Origin: Ostreococcus lucimarinus
Taxonomy: Eukaryota
Strand: one strand, 5' to 3'
Assembly (NCBI GenBank): GCA_000092065.1
Contig: CP000588.1
Length of the DNA stretch: 64,000 nt
The position numbers were made by a program, and so were the translations under genes. Below are positions 10,101-18,969 of this stretch, in pieces. The notes beneath the pieces are model-generated. The model searched no databases and was not told the origin of the DNA. It saw only the letters and a list, made by a program, of their open reading frames with translations. Position 1 is the stretch's first letter. Every line of letters begins with the position of its first letter.

Positions 10101-13100
10101 GATTCCATCCGAACTTGATGAGTTCCTTACGATGATTAACCAAAGTTTTGGGAACGTGACGAATAAGCAACGTGCTTAGTTGTAGCAACTGAATAAGAAG
10201 GGACTCGTTGTACAACGTGGTGTTGTCACCATCGGAGGGTTCGAGCACATCATCGACCAGTTCGTTCACGAATTCGTCAGTGACGACTTCAAGAGCCTCA
10301 CTTGACGCCTCTCCGTCTTCGTCGGCACAGCCGACGAGAACTTTCTCAAGCATTGGATTTATCAAAACCTTGAGCGCGGTGACGAGAACATCCGGATCGG
10401 CTTCGCCGCCGGCTTCGGCTTGCTCGCGAAACTCGGTTAAAAATTGTGTCAAGACTGCGTTGCGCTCTGCCGGTGTGTACACGTCGACGACTTCAGACTT
10501 TATGAATTCTCGGACGAAGGTGTAATCCACCACGCTACATTTGCAGAGCACTGGCATGATCTTAAACAGTATTTGAACCTGAGAACGATCGCCTTTGACG
10601 ACAGAAAGGAAGCACTTCACGAGATATTTGCTTTCCATCATTGCCGGAAGCGAGTTTGTATATCCGTTGAGCAAACGATCGGCCCGTTCTTCGCTGTCCC
10701 AACATTCGTCTAGTTGCGTCAATATGGCGCTCTCCTCGGAGAGCCACTTTGGCATGATTTTAACAATCGTAGATAAGAGCTTCAAGCCATTGTAGTAGGC
10801 AAGCTGTGGGTCTTTGTTCTTCTGCAAGTCTTTCATCGCGATCTTGTCGTGTTCATCTAGTTCGCCATTGGCACCAAAGATCACACGCAACAGCTTGGAA
10901 GAAGTCGCGGTGAGCGCGTTCAGAAGTTCGGCGCCTTCAGATAACTTGAGAATCTTTACGAAGAGGGAGAAGTGTTCCGGCTGGTCCAGACGCGCCAAGA
11001 AGTACGCGATCGATTCTTTCGGATACTTGCACAGAAATTTCGTAAGCGGCACGGTGTAAAGGGAGTTGGCCTCGCTGTACACACTTTCAGGGGGCATCGT
11101 CGCCTCAATCGCCATCACGTCGCGCACCAAAGGCTTGATGAAATCAAACGGCGTAAGCTTCGGCTCGTTCGCTTTTGCATCACTTTTACCGTCGCGAAGC
11201 TTCGGAAGTAAGTGAAACAAGTTGACGATCGACGCGATCAACTTCGCATCTTTCGGAGACTTTCGAATCTGTCCTGGTACACTCGGCGCGCTTGCGTCGA
11301 GCTCCAGCCAATACTTGATGTGCTCCAGCAACTTCTCACCCAGTGTCGGGCTGAACCACTCAGCTAAAAGTTCGAGTAAGTACTCCAATGCTTCTAACAG
11401 CGGAATTGTCAGCTTTGAGAGATGTTGCAAGTTCATCAAAATCGGGCTCACGGATTGCTTGAGCGTGTTCTTGTTCATGTGAGGCTTGACTTCAACCAAA
11501 CCACGCTTTGCGATAGCCACGATGTCTCCATTACGAGACGTCAAGCTCGTGAAGAGCACCGTCGAAATCCGCTCGCGCACAGCAACAATGTCGGCCGAGC
11601 TATCTGATTTTGAAAATTCAGGTGTGCTCAGGGCGGTACTCAAGACTTTCACGCACGACTGCCGAAGAGTGGACAGCGACTCGTTCTCTTGCGTCTCGAC
11701 GTTCAAAACTGTATTGTCATCACTCTCAGCGACAAGGAGCACAGCGTTAAAGAACGCGCCCGGGCTAGTTTGTACCGACATATCCTTCAATGGGATCAGC
11801 GATGGCGAACGAATCAAGCAAAAGTCGACAAACTTCACCAGTTGAATCTGGGCCAACACGTGTCGAGTCTGCAACGGCTTTTCAAGCAACACGGTCAAAT
11901 GTGACTTGGATTGCGACAAAATGCTTTCCATGGTAGTCGAGGTTCGCTCAGCGATCCCCAAAAGCGCTTTCTCGACCGCAGTACGACATGCACACGTGCT
12001 CGCTACGCTACGCAGTTCTTCAAGGAGAATTGACACACTAGCTGCAACGCCATCGCCGCTATCGCCTTCAATCACCGTCGGCGGCTCGCTTCCGCTCGGA
12101 ATGCTTCTCTCAATGATTCGCAAAAACACTTCTTCAGCTTCCTTTTTCTGCGTCATCGCGTACACTGGAAGTAGCTGAATCGCGCGCATTATCGCGGGAA
12201 GTATGTCGGGGAGACGAGACTTGAGGATAGACGTCGGCAAACTCTTGCACAATCTGTCCAAACCAGCAACACCGCCGATGATGCAGTGCGCTTCCTGTTT
12301 GTAGCAACAGTGGACCAATCGAGGCAGCAGCGCCTCAATAAAGGCTGCTAATTTAGGATAGGAACTCTCATCCACGTCCATCGTTTTCTTCTTCGACTTT
12401 TTCGGCGTCGGCTTTTTCTCCATCGTGTCTTCAGCGGCTTGAATCTCGTCAACTTCGTCTCGAGTTAAAATGAGCACCGCGTCGATAAAAGTACCTATCG
12501 TCTTCAAAGTTGCATTTAAGTGCACTTGCTTTGGAGATTCGAGCGACTTCATTAGCGCGTCTAAGAAGAGCGTCGTTTCCAAGATCTTGAGGTTCATCGA
12601 ACGCGGGCGATCGATTGAATCGTGATCCATTCTATCGGCCACAGGTTGCTCGGGCCGCACAGCGTTGCTAACGAACAACATGGCCATGTGCTCGCAAACG
12701 CTATCCATGAACGTCTCATCGGTTTCCTTCAAAGTTGGGTCGCATTCAGCAGCGATCACAGTGATGACCAACTGTTTGAAAACATTCTGCTCTGCCACAA
12801 GCTGACTCTTTGTTTTGTTACCTAATTGCGTCGAGCCCTCTGCGACGGTTGCAGAGTCAAACTTTTTCCCCCACCCGTTGGAAATTGCAGCTTCGATGGC
12901 ACTTTCTATTTGTTCTACAGACCCAGATAAAGCGTGGCCAGCGCTCAAGTTCAACGCGGAAATCAAGCACGTCCTAATAAAAGTCAACGCTTGGCGTCTG
13001 TGACGAATGAGTGCCTCGGACGCCTTGACGTTCGGGATCAGTGGCGTTGAAAGAATGTTCTGCATCAACACGATGCAACGATCCAAGGGGACCAGAAACG

Positions 13101-15687
13101 AAGTCTCTGGCTTGAACATCAAAATCATTCTCAAACCGTGCTCGGGATTACTTTTCGCATCCAACTCCAACGGACTTCTAAGAAACGCACGGTTGCGTCC
13201 ACCAAGTTTACCGATCAGTTGCATCGCCTTGGCGCCGAACGGCGACCCGCTCTGTTGAGGCTTGAGCATCGCCCACAACGCGAGCATCAACTCGGATTCC
13301 ACTTCGGCTATGCACGGGTCGAGAAACTCCGGATTCAATGAATCGACCCAGAACTCTAAAGTGCGTAGGCCTAGTAAGTTCAGTTCGTTTACTGGAGCAC
13401 GAAGCGCCTTACACAGCGGCGTCGCGAGCTTCGGTAAATGTGGAAGAATTGAAGACAGCCGCGCCGGCAGAATCAGGCACAACTCTACTACGGTGTCGTG
13501 TAACTCGTGCGGATCGGGTCCGTTCAACATCTCGAGCAAGCAGTCGAGACTGGCAGGCAAAATTGGTACGACTTCTCGGTAAAGAACGTCAAACTTGGCT
13601 TGCGCCATCGCTCGAAACAAATACCGAAGTAACCTGATGTACGCCGTAGGATTCTCGTGCTCCCGTATCGCCTGCAAGCATGATTCCATCATCGTGATGA
13701 CGTGCGAGCTCAGTACAGTTTCGCAGTTGCTATGCTTACTCACCGCATGAAGTAACAATGAGAAAAGCTTTAACACTAGCTGCGCTTCTTGTGACGATTG
13801 ATCGCTTAAGCACGACAACTTTTTCTCCAATAAGTAAGTCACAAACGCATCGGCGGCATACCGGCACAATTTCGCGTTCTGCAACAACAAATGGGGAACT
13901 TGTACCATCGTTGGCAGTTCTAACATTCCCGTGAAAAAGTGATCAAAGTGTAAGCAGATAATATCAACGAAATTTCGCGGTTCTAATACCGCCAAAGCTT
14001 CGGAAAAGTGCGTGCACATTTCTGTGCACTCCGTGCCCTTGAACAACTGCATGCACTTCACTCCGTTGCGAATAAATCCAGCCGAGCGCCTGAGCTCCAT
14101 GCTATCCAGTCCCAAGTCGGTGGGTTCAGAACCATTAAAGTTCGTAATACTCCACAGAAGTGTCTTCATACCGATTGTCAATGTTTTGATGATGGCTTTG
14201 CTATCTGAAAGCGATCTGAGCTTCTCGTGACTAGGGAGCTCTGGATCCTTCTCATCGTTAGCAGCGGCGTTCTTTGCGCCGCTCGCCGTTTCATCAACTT
14301 TTTTGCTCGCCGTTCCTTCAGCGCTGTCTACTTTAGGTGGCCCTGCAGCTTTGTCAGTTTTCGCCACCTTTGCCTTGATAGCTTTCTCTAAATCGTTCGC
14401 AGTCTCTAAGAGCTCGGGGACATTCGAACGCAGCGTTCTAAACTTTGCTACAGTGGCGTACATGATGTGCACTAAAAGATGCCGAGCCTGCTCCGCTTGG
14501 GTCTTCTCACTGCGCATGCGGAATATGGATTCTACAAGATGGTGCATCAGCCTCGCGCATGTCATGTGCGTCGACATTGGCAAAGTAGTATCTTGCATGT
14601 TCCGACTAAAGATGTGCACAGCTCGGCGAATCTGCGGTAGCGTAAGCTCCGCCTTCATATGATGCACTAGTTCAGCGAGGAACGAGTAAGCCAGCGGTCG
14701 CAAACTTTCAATGCACATTCGCCCCGTACCGACGAGGATATCATCATCCATCATCAAATCCAAATGCGCAAAGAACCGTTTGCAAAATGCAGGAACGCTC
14801 AGCACGTGGCGCGTGGCGACCAAGAGCTCCTTGCGCGTCGCTACGACATCTGGACAAGTCTTCAGCAACGAGACTATGGCGTCAGAGACCGCTTCTTGGT
14901 ACGGCTCCACTAGAGACGCGCTACCTCGAAGAAGATACGCGATGAAGCTGATCGTTTTCACTTGAGCCGCTTTCAGGTCGCAAAATATCGTTCGCATCGT
15001 CGGCGACATTGAGTCAGAATCGTGGCCTTCCAAGCTTGTAAACTTCACCATGAGCGGTATCATCGCCGATACTTCAGTCTGTATATTGCGATTGTAGAGC
15101 TGATAAAGCAACATGACGATGAGTGGACACTCTGTCATCACTTTAAACGACTCCAACGCCGGTATCTCACATGGATTCGACGGCTTCTCTTTCCGCCCGC
15201 GCTGCTTCACCGTCCCGCCCAGAATGTTCTCAACGCACTCCTCTGCCGAGGTGTATACGTCGGAAACGAACGCTAAAAACGGCGAGCGACGCTCATCCAT
15301 TGAAGGTCTAAAGTTTCGGTGCAAGTCAAAGATGATTCGCAAACATAGCAGCGCGTTCTTCTCGTTCTCCGACGCCAACGGGTCCAAAGCCAAATTCAAC
15401 AGTTCCTGCTCATACGGCCGTAGGACCTCGTTAAACGGCAATCTATTCAAAATCTCGTAAATGACATGACGCAGTGCATTCTCTTCGTCATCTACCAGCG
15501 TCGGTTCCGTCTTCTTCGTTAGGATCTCTTTGAAAATCGGGAAATAGCTCTTGAGAAAGTGCACGTATTCGCTCGTGTGCACGACTTCAATACCATCTCG
15601 CACGTTCGTCGCGATCTCTATCTGCTCGGAAGTCGACGCTGCGTTTAGCAATCGCTGTGCCTGCGCTCCATACGCCGTCTGCGCCAT
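4156..15687 (-). CDS. TRRAP: TRRAP/Tra1 PIKK-family pseudokinase scaffold of SAGA/NuA4-type acetyltransferase complexes (3,843 codons, no intron)
   Basis: The track start at 15741 is TTG; the first ATG is at 15687 (MAQTAYGAQ...). The protein is a giant HEAT/FAT repeat protein. Its C-terminal PI3K-like domain has degenerate catalytic motifs: GGRTPNKIMF where PIKKs have DRHxxN, and FMLDFHPAF where they have DFG. It ends in a FATC-like aromatic tail (...AAIWAPWY). This is the expected TRRAP/Tra1 pattern. Confidence 0.9.
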   Translation of the reverse strand: MAQTAYGAQAQRLLNAASTSEQIEIATNVRDGIEVVHTSEYVHFLKSYFPIFKEILTKKTEPTLVDDEENALRHVIYEILNRLPFNEVLRPYEQELLNLALDPLASENEKNALLCLRIIFDLHRNFRPSMDERRSPFLAFVSDVYTSAEECVENILGGTVKQRGRKEKPSNPCEIPALESFKVMTECPLIVMLLYQLYNRNIQTEVSAMIPLMVKFTSLEGHDSDSMSPTMRTIFCDLKAAQVKTISFIAYLLRGSASLVEPYQEAVSDAIVSLLKTCPDVVATRKELLVATRHVLSVPAFCKRFFAHLDLMMDDDILVGTGRMCIESLRPLAYSFLAELVHHMKAELTLPQIRRAVHIFSRNMQDTTLPMSTHMTCARLMHHLVESIFRMRSEKTQAEQARHLLVHIMYATVAKFRTLRSNVPELLETANDLEKAIKAKVAKTDKAAGPPKVDSAEGTASKKVDETASGAKNAAANDEKDPELPSHEKLRSLSDSKAIIKTLTIGMKTLLWSITNFNGSEPTDLGLDSMELRRSAGFIRNGVKCMQLFKGTECTEMCTHFSEALAVLEPRNFVDIICLHFDHFFTGMLELPTMVQVPHLLLQNAKLCRYAADAFVTYLLEKKLSCLSDQSSQEAQLVLKLFSLLLHAVSKHSNCETVLSSHVITMMESCLQAIREHENPTAYIRLLRYLFRAMAQAKFDVLYREVVPILPASLDCLLEMLNGPDPHELHDTVVELCLILPARLSSILPHLPKLATPLCKALRAPVNELNLLGLRTLEFWVDSLNPEFLDPCIAEVESELMLALWAMLKPQQSGSPFGAKAMQLIGKLGGRNRAFLRSPLELDAKSNPEHGLRMILMFKPETSFLVPLDRCIVLMQNILSTPLIPNVKASEALIRHRRQALTFIRTCLISALNLSAGHALSGSVEQIESAIEAAISNGWGKKFDSATVAEGSTQLGNKTKSQLVAEQNVFKQLVITVIAAECDPTLKETDETFMDSVCEHMAMLFVSNAVRPEQPVADRMDHDSIDRPRSMNLKILETTLFLDALMKSLESPKQVHLNATLKTIGTFIDAVLILTRDEVDEIQAAEDTMEKKPTPKKSKKKTMDVDESSYPKLAAFIEALLPRLVHCCYKQEAHCIIGGVAGLDRLCKSLPTSILKSRLPDILPAIMRAIQLLPVYAMTQKKEAEEVFLRIIERSIPSGSEPPTVIEGDSGDGVAASVSILLEELRSVASTCACRTAVEKALLGIAERTSTTMESILSQSKSHLTVLLEKPLQTRHVLAQIQLVKFVDFCLIRSPSLIPLKDMSVQTSPGAFFNAVLLVAESDDNTVLNVETQENESLSTLRQSCVKVLSTALSTPEFSKSDSSADIVAVRERISTVLFTSLTSRNGDIVAIAKRGLVEVKPHMNKNTLKQSVSPILMNLQHLSKLTIPLLEALEYLLELLAEWFSPTLGEKLLEHIKYWLELDASAPSVPGQIRKSPKDAKLIASIVNLFHLLPKLRDGKSDAKANEPKLTPFDFIKPLVRDVMAIEATMPPESVYSEANSLYTVPLTKFLCKYPKESIAYFLARLDQPEHFSLFVKILKLSEGAELLNALTATSSKLLRVIFGANGELDEHDKIAMKDLQKNKDPQLAYYNGLKLLSTIVKIMPKWLSEESAILTQLDECWDSEERADRLLNGYTNSLPAMMESKYLVKCFLSVVKGDRSQVQILFKIMPVLCKCSVVDYTFVREFIKSEVVDVYTPAERNAVLTQFLTEFREQAEAGGEADPDVLVTALKVLINPMLEKVLVGCADEDGEASSEALEVVTDEFVNELVDDVLEPSDGDNTTLYNESLLIQLLQLSTLLIRHVPKTLVNHRKELIKFGWNHLKREDSSSKQWAFVNISYFLQAYQAPEKIILQVFVALLRAYQPEQKSLVTEALDALTPALPLRLQPGEHKHPIWIRYTKKSLIEDGHSLPQLVHIWNLIVRHSKLFYSSRAQFVGQMVNLLSRLGLPTSSSHSNRVLSVDLVELIISWENDRITGVGSNEAEPSTTGKRKAAESPERDEEVTTPTRRGKKGTKKSKKEEAESKSPGRSKRASRSAKQTKEEEEATEEMVSDLPDTEKLKSMPKSADDQDEEKEFETSPAMAEIIVNFLVRMTFITGEGKDQDAQVLNVRTLDLLSKALAMWPSVRIKFTFIDKLLTLANQAQRDPTSTLIMGLSVLKCALKTPDYEFVTESIQQTLRLIEPSYSSASREAHGLLGEVIGEILKCNGDSNGKHDADIEELRQHIGVFYVKCTEDAIISKSSPNNDQANTSLAGILTVVESEAVFAASKIDTYLPNLMKVLARMTHELNTASAAGELQAAHPKRGQAPPEVLEPEYGSVAYCMAKCIKILSQRVIAAGSDQKQIFLRLLLQLINDKSTHGNVLMAILDAMVTWTDDLALGEGGAPEDNDTRVGSLNAKETVLFLSKLAQLTRMGLAITQTQAWEEKLLGAIYKLCAPEGKHDPAVRTEVFLKVERTHLLGLRTRRPELRKKFFALYHDAIGKSLFQRLQYILTIQDWDAMADTFWLMQGLDLILSTLAEDERIMLAPNSALITPLLPIDSETKKPLPVPAKSKNAKANPAELDDLIKRHAKFLHEKAQIRVNDLMSPLRQVATRNAHIAYYLWVLIFPIVWATLQREEQLQLAKPMIGLLSKESHLRQAAVRPNVIQALLEGISLSQPQLKIPSELSKFLGKTFNAWHTAIALLENHVVRYPQEARCFDALSELYRLLNEQDVLVGLWMQRCQSDVTRAGLSLVQHGHWQDAQDVFFKGIQLATAGQAPGVSKTEMCLWETQWLNSAKQLNQWDLISDFSRTVEHSELMVQSMWRLSDWAGVKDLMPSGTLNEIEETPEITTVRAFASLVSGRVREAEQHWANAVKSSLDRWWRLPETGSTCHIPSLHMFNAIAEVQESTRILLELSNTQRRGVQGITNNRTLVQDIMETWRLRTPNEWDPVPWWSEILMWRGNMHNIMTHAAKQIGEQNPAMLQVTQQLDQLGQRERAWSLNKFARAARKQRLPEVALNILSRHQGQVEVSEAFSKLREQCEAYLAFENEAITGINLLESASLEFFSPPQKAELFRLRAKFQEQLEDYDAAHASYSTSVSLCKQRAESWLSWGKFCRMRGDDGSISNIAQQTATCYLQAVKHNVHENRHQLIHVIQMLAFDVNPEPISLAIVRHLDALPTWVWIPWIPQLLLSLAHQEQAYALAILKDVAAAHPQAVYYQLRTCLLERRDSAARATQTARTIAEKSGATQKSSSAPGTPLPPDVAAAASRAKDANWAFEAAKEIMEHIRTRHGNLVGELEVLLSELGTKFACTPEERLLVVVYTLLHRCYKYPAATTGEVPESFKKELIGVCKACFSADTSAKHADFVEEYKASYERELNPEESTFPTTVAELMVKLKAWKQRLLNDVEDRLPATLRLEAESDQLRNVTFHEIEIPGQYSGDLTFGVTDRFVKLERIGADVHVVRRNGNCLRRLEFLGTDGSSKQFLVQTSLTPAARGEERMVQLLSTLNGVLAKHTETRRRNMCYYTPAIVPVWPQVRLLEDDDANGTYAEVYDANCARYGREADLPITLFKAALDPAILGEVTGTEEVLELRLKALMEITQKHVTENIFSQYMYKTLPSSSHLWTFKRQLSQQLAMSSFLSALLRIGGRTPNKIMFAKNTGKIFMLDFHPAFDQKGIVEYIEPVPFRLTRNLHTFFTPFGVKGDFVASMASAAQACTAPEADLEAHLELFFRDQLMVWPWRRMGGDTPPVSPSPSEIKNMARANVQEVLRRLPIIAPTPVLPDTSDTVPSVQKAVLHLVDAALNIRNVSRSAAIWAPWY

Positions 15688-16156
15688 GATCACCGCCCTC
15701 GATCGCCCTCGAACTCGACTTGAGCACGGATTTGATGCCAATTGTTAGGGCAGAGGTCCGATCGGTCGAATTGCGACGAATGCTCCGCGACGAGGCGCGC
15801 GTTTTCGATCTACAATCGCGCCAATACGATCGAAGAGGGTTCTTCTTTCGTTTACCGCGGCCAATCGAAGGAGTGGGCGCGCACGCGTCGATCTAGCGCA
15901 CGATTCAGCCGGCGAATTCGCGATCGGAATTGCCGCGAGGGTTCTAGAGGGAAAATAAGCGCACAGGAATTTTAGCGGTGTCGTTCGTTGGTACAGACGA
16001 GTGTCACACAGCTCGGTACCATCGTGCTGATTGAGACGACGAACATCGTTAAGATGGGGGCTTGTTAAGTTTACAACGCGAATGTTCTACACATAGAAAA
16101 GTAAGAAGTGTGAGACGCTGAGACGTCGGCGACGTCCACAGCCACATATTAGTCTG

Positions 16157-18097
16157 TTACGCATCTTCGGAGATGTTGGTCGTCTCTTTTGACTCGTTCG
16201 TTCGAGCTGGCAGAGCATCGTTGGACGAGCTTTTCTCATCGAGCCACTCAAACTTGCACAAAACGCCAGCGCAGGACTTGCTGTCGTGTACGTATTCGTC
16301 GTCGCGCGCGAGCAACGGTACAATGCGGACGCCTTCGCGCAAAGCGCTAACGGCGACGTCGTAGTGTGCGAGGAACTCATCGCGCGCGCCATCTTTGTCC
16401 ATGGCTTGGATTTGTAGCACCGTGAGTTCGGGCTCGCGAATTTCCAAGTCAAAGTGCTCGTTCCAAATGGGTTGAGCGCACGGACCGACTCGTGCCTTGG
16501 AGTACACCGACGTTCTCATTGAATTCCCTCTGGAAGTCGCGGACAAGCGATCGGCGACGCAACCGAAGAGGGAAATCTTCATGAACGTATCCGGTGCCGA
16601 CATGAAATCGGCATCCTTGAAATTTTCCCAACCTAGTCCGCAGAAGACGTGTATGCGCAGAATTCTAGGCTTGGTCGGTCTTTGAACCGACGGGTTGATT
16701 AAATAGTCGGGCTTTTTCACGTAACCGCACCCACCGTTGACCGCAAACTTGGCTTGGTTCACCCACATATATCTGTCTTGCGCCTGAAAGTTGAGCGCGA
16801 CGAGCGATGCGCCTATGGACCACGCGTCGGAGGGATCGTAATTGTTACTCATGATGCGTTGACCGCCCGGGTACGTGCGAAGCAAATGCGCCTTGGTGAA
16901 TTCGAGCAAATCCTTTTGGCTCGACTTTTCGACTAATTTCTTGGCCTTGTTCTCGCTCCAACTGCAAGAAAACTTTGTACCGAGATCTTTCGCTTCCTTG
17001 AAACCATGAAACTTCAAATTTCGCAATGAGACGAGTGCCTTGATGTCCTCGTCGTCCTCGCCGCCGTCGTCCTCGCTCGTCCCATCGGAGTCTTCAGGAA
17101 CGCCTGCAGGCGCACTTTTGGAGAGGTTGACCACGGAGTTCGCCACCGAGAGCTTGTTTTTCCCAGTTGAAAGTGTAGCTTTGGTGCTCTCCTGTAGAAG
17201 CTTCCGAGTAGACTTAGACTTGCCCCTCGAGGATATCGCCTCGAACACTTTTCCGACGCCGAACGATGCGTTCTTGACTTCGTCTTGCTTGTGCTTCACC
17301 TTGTCCCGAATTATCACTTTACCCTTCAACTCGGCCGGCGATGGCCAGCGGTCCAACACGTATGATTCTTCTTCGCCTTCGCCTTCGCCTTTCGACGGCG
17401 GCGTCCAGAGTTTATCGCCGAACGTGTGTCGCATGATTTTCGCCATCACCGCGCGCGTCTCCCGACTCGCGTGATTCTCCAAAGTCACAATCACCGGATA
17501 CTCGCTAGCTACGTGTGCCCTGTCGTTGATAACCGCGATCGCGTCCTTAAACAACATCGGGCGCACCGCCGTCCCTCCGTGCGTGATGATCGGCCCCTTC
17601 GACCCTCCGTCGTAACAGTCCAGCTCGACGACTCTGCACCCGCGTTCGAGCGCCCACGCGATGGCCGAACTCGTCGACCTCGAGAACAACTGTCCGCCGT
17701 CCAAGTACGTATTATGCGAAGAATTCACAAAATAGTGCGACAATTCATCCGTCATCGACGCCTCGTCCACCTCCGAGCGCGCGAACGGAAAATTCTTCTC
17801 GCTCGTCAGCGCCCGCTTCGCGAACTTTCGCATCTTCACCGCGCCCTCCTCCGCCTCCCCGCAACGCTCGATCACCGCCTCCGCCTCCTCCCGCGTCATC
17901 CCCTGCGTCGTCATCATAAACTCCATCGCCTTCTCTATCGACACGCGCGCGTCCCTCCCTTCGCCCGTCGTTCCCTCGCGCAAGCGCGCATCCAGGACGC
18001 GCCAATCGAATTCGGCGTTGAACGCGATTCGCCGCGCGTCCCACCCTTGCCCGGACGTCCTGCGCGCCGTGACGCACGCCGACGCGCAGACGCCCAT
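16157..18097 (-). CDS. PLC: Phosphoinositide-specific phospholipase C (X-box, Y-box, C2)
   Basis: X-box: SSHNTYLDGGQLFSRSTSSAIAWALERGCRVVELDCYDG. Y-box: HLLRTYPGGQRIMSNNYDPSDAWSIGASLVALNFQ. A C2-like C-terminus follows (ILRIHVFCGLGWENF...). Start placed at ATG 18097 (MGVCASAC...); an alternative in-frame ATG is at 18259. The track's extension to 18667 is poly-Arg and overlaps the neighbouring divergent gene. Confidence 0.85.
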   Translation of the reverse strand: MGVCASACVTARRTSGQGWDARRIAFNAEFDWRVLDARLREGTTGEGRDARVSIEKAMEFMMTTQGMTREEAEAVIERCGEAEEGAVKMRKFAKRALTSEKNFPFARSEVDEASMTDELSHYFVNSSHNTYLDGGQLFSRSTSSAIAWALERGCRVVELDCYDGGSKGPIITHGGTAVRPMLFKDAIAVINDRAHVASEYPVIVTLENHASRETRAVMAKIMRHTFGDKLWTPPSKGEGEGEEESYVLDRWPSPAELKGKVIIRDKVKHKQDEVKNASFGVGKVFEAISSRGKSKSTRKLLQESTKATLSTGKNKLSVANSVVNLSKSAPAGVPEDSDGTSEDDGGEDDEDIKALVSLRNLKFHGFKEAKDLGTKFSCSWSENKAKKLVEKSSQKDLLEFTKAHLLRTYPGGQRIMSNNYDPSDAWSIGASLVALNFQAQDRYMWVNQAKFAVNGGCGYVKKPDYLINPSVQRPTKPRILRIHVFCGLGWENFKDADFMSAPDTFMKISLFGCVADRLSATSRGNSMRTSVYSKARVGPCAQPIWNEHFDLEIREPELTVLQIQAMDKDGARDEFLAHYDVAVSALREGVRIVPLLARDDEYVHDSKSCAGVLCKFEWLDEKSSSNDALPARTNESKETTNISEDA

Positions 18098-18379
18098 CGC
18101 GGACCCCGTGCGCGCGCGCGCGTCCGTCCCACCGCGCGCGCGGCGTTCTGCGCCGACGAACGCGTCCCGCGCGCGGGCGCCCGGAGACGCAACGGTCGAC
18201 GGTTCGATCGATCGATCGATCGCGCGATGTCTTCGCGAACCTCGCGTCGAGGGATACATGTGCGCGTCGAACCTCGACGCGAGGTTCGCGAGGACACCGC
18301 GGCGTCGATCGCGGTCGCGCGCGGCGTCGCGATCGACGATCGCGCGCGGCAGACGACGACGACGACGACGACGACGACG

Positions 18380-18874
18380 ATGGCGACGGCGACGGCGACG
18401 GCGACGGTGGTTCGACCGACGCGCGCGACGACGCGACGGGCGGCGACGCGCGCGACGACGCGCGCGCGCGCGGCGCGCGAGGGCGACGCGAACGCGCGCG
18501 CGCGGTTCGAGCTGCGAAACTGCGGGGACAAATCGATGGCGCACCTGGACGCGCCGGTGCGCGCGCCGGGAGATCTGACGATCGAGGCGACGAAGAGCGT
18601 GATCGGACGACAGCGGTCGGAGGCGGTGAACCTGCCGATCGAGGTGCCGACGGTGAGCGGGGCGCACGCGATGATCGATTTGGTGGACGGGAAGGTGATG
18701 GTGACGGATTTGACGTCGACGAACGGGACGTTTATCGATGGGGAGGAGCTGTTGCCGGGCGTGCCGACGCAGTTGGTGGTGGGGGGGGAGGTGATTTTTG
18801 GGGATGAGTTTCTCGCGCGGTTCGAGCTGGTGGAGACGGCGGACGAGGGGAGCGGCGACGACGCCGCGGATTGA
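18380..18874 (+). CDS. Small FHA-domain protein with an Ala/Thr/Arg-rich presequence (organelle-targeting-like)
   Basis: ATG at 18380. FHA core: VIGRQRSEAVNLPIEVPTVSGAHAMIDLVDGKVMVTDLTSTNGTFIDGEEL (the G-R...S-x-x-H...NGT pattern). Only the last 164 codons of track ORF 17426..18874 are credible; the rest is antisense to PLC. Confidence 0.75.
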   Translation: MATATATATVVRPTRATTRRAATRATTRARAAREGDANARARFELRNCGDKSMAHLDAPVRAPGDLTIEATKSVIGRQRSEAVNLPIEVPTVSGAHAMIDLVDGKVMVTDLTSTNGTFIDGEELLPGVPTQLVVGGEVIFGDEFLARFELVETADEGSGDDAAD

Positions 18875-18969
18875 CTGCTGCGCGGCGTGTTTCGATCGCG
18901 AAGAGACGCGCCGAAGGAGATGTAATGTTATGTTCTCATTAAAAGTACATAGATATGTGCATCGCGTTA

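Noticed and set aside
15688-16156. Possible extra gene in the 469-bp spacer between TRRAP and PLC (ORF 15742..15975, 77 aa)
   Set aside because: The ORF starts with TTG, has no ATG-initiated equivalent of meaningful length, and has no recognisable motif. The region is more plausibly the TRRAP promoter plus the PLC 3'UTR.
17426-18379. First 318 codons of the 482-aa plus-strand ORF 17426..18874
   Set aside because: This part is antisense to well-supported PLC coding sequence and is R/H/P-rich low complexity with no domain. Only the segment from ATG 18380 (presequence plus FHA domain) looks real.
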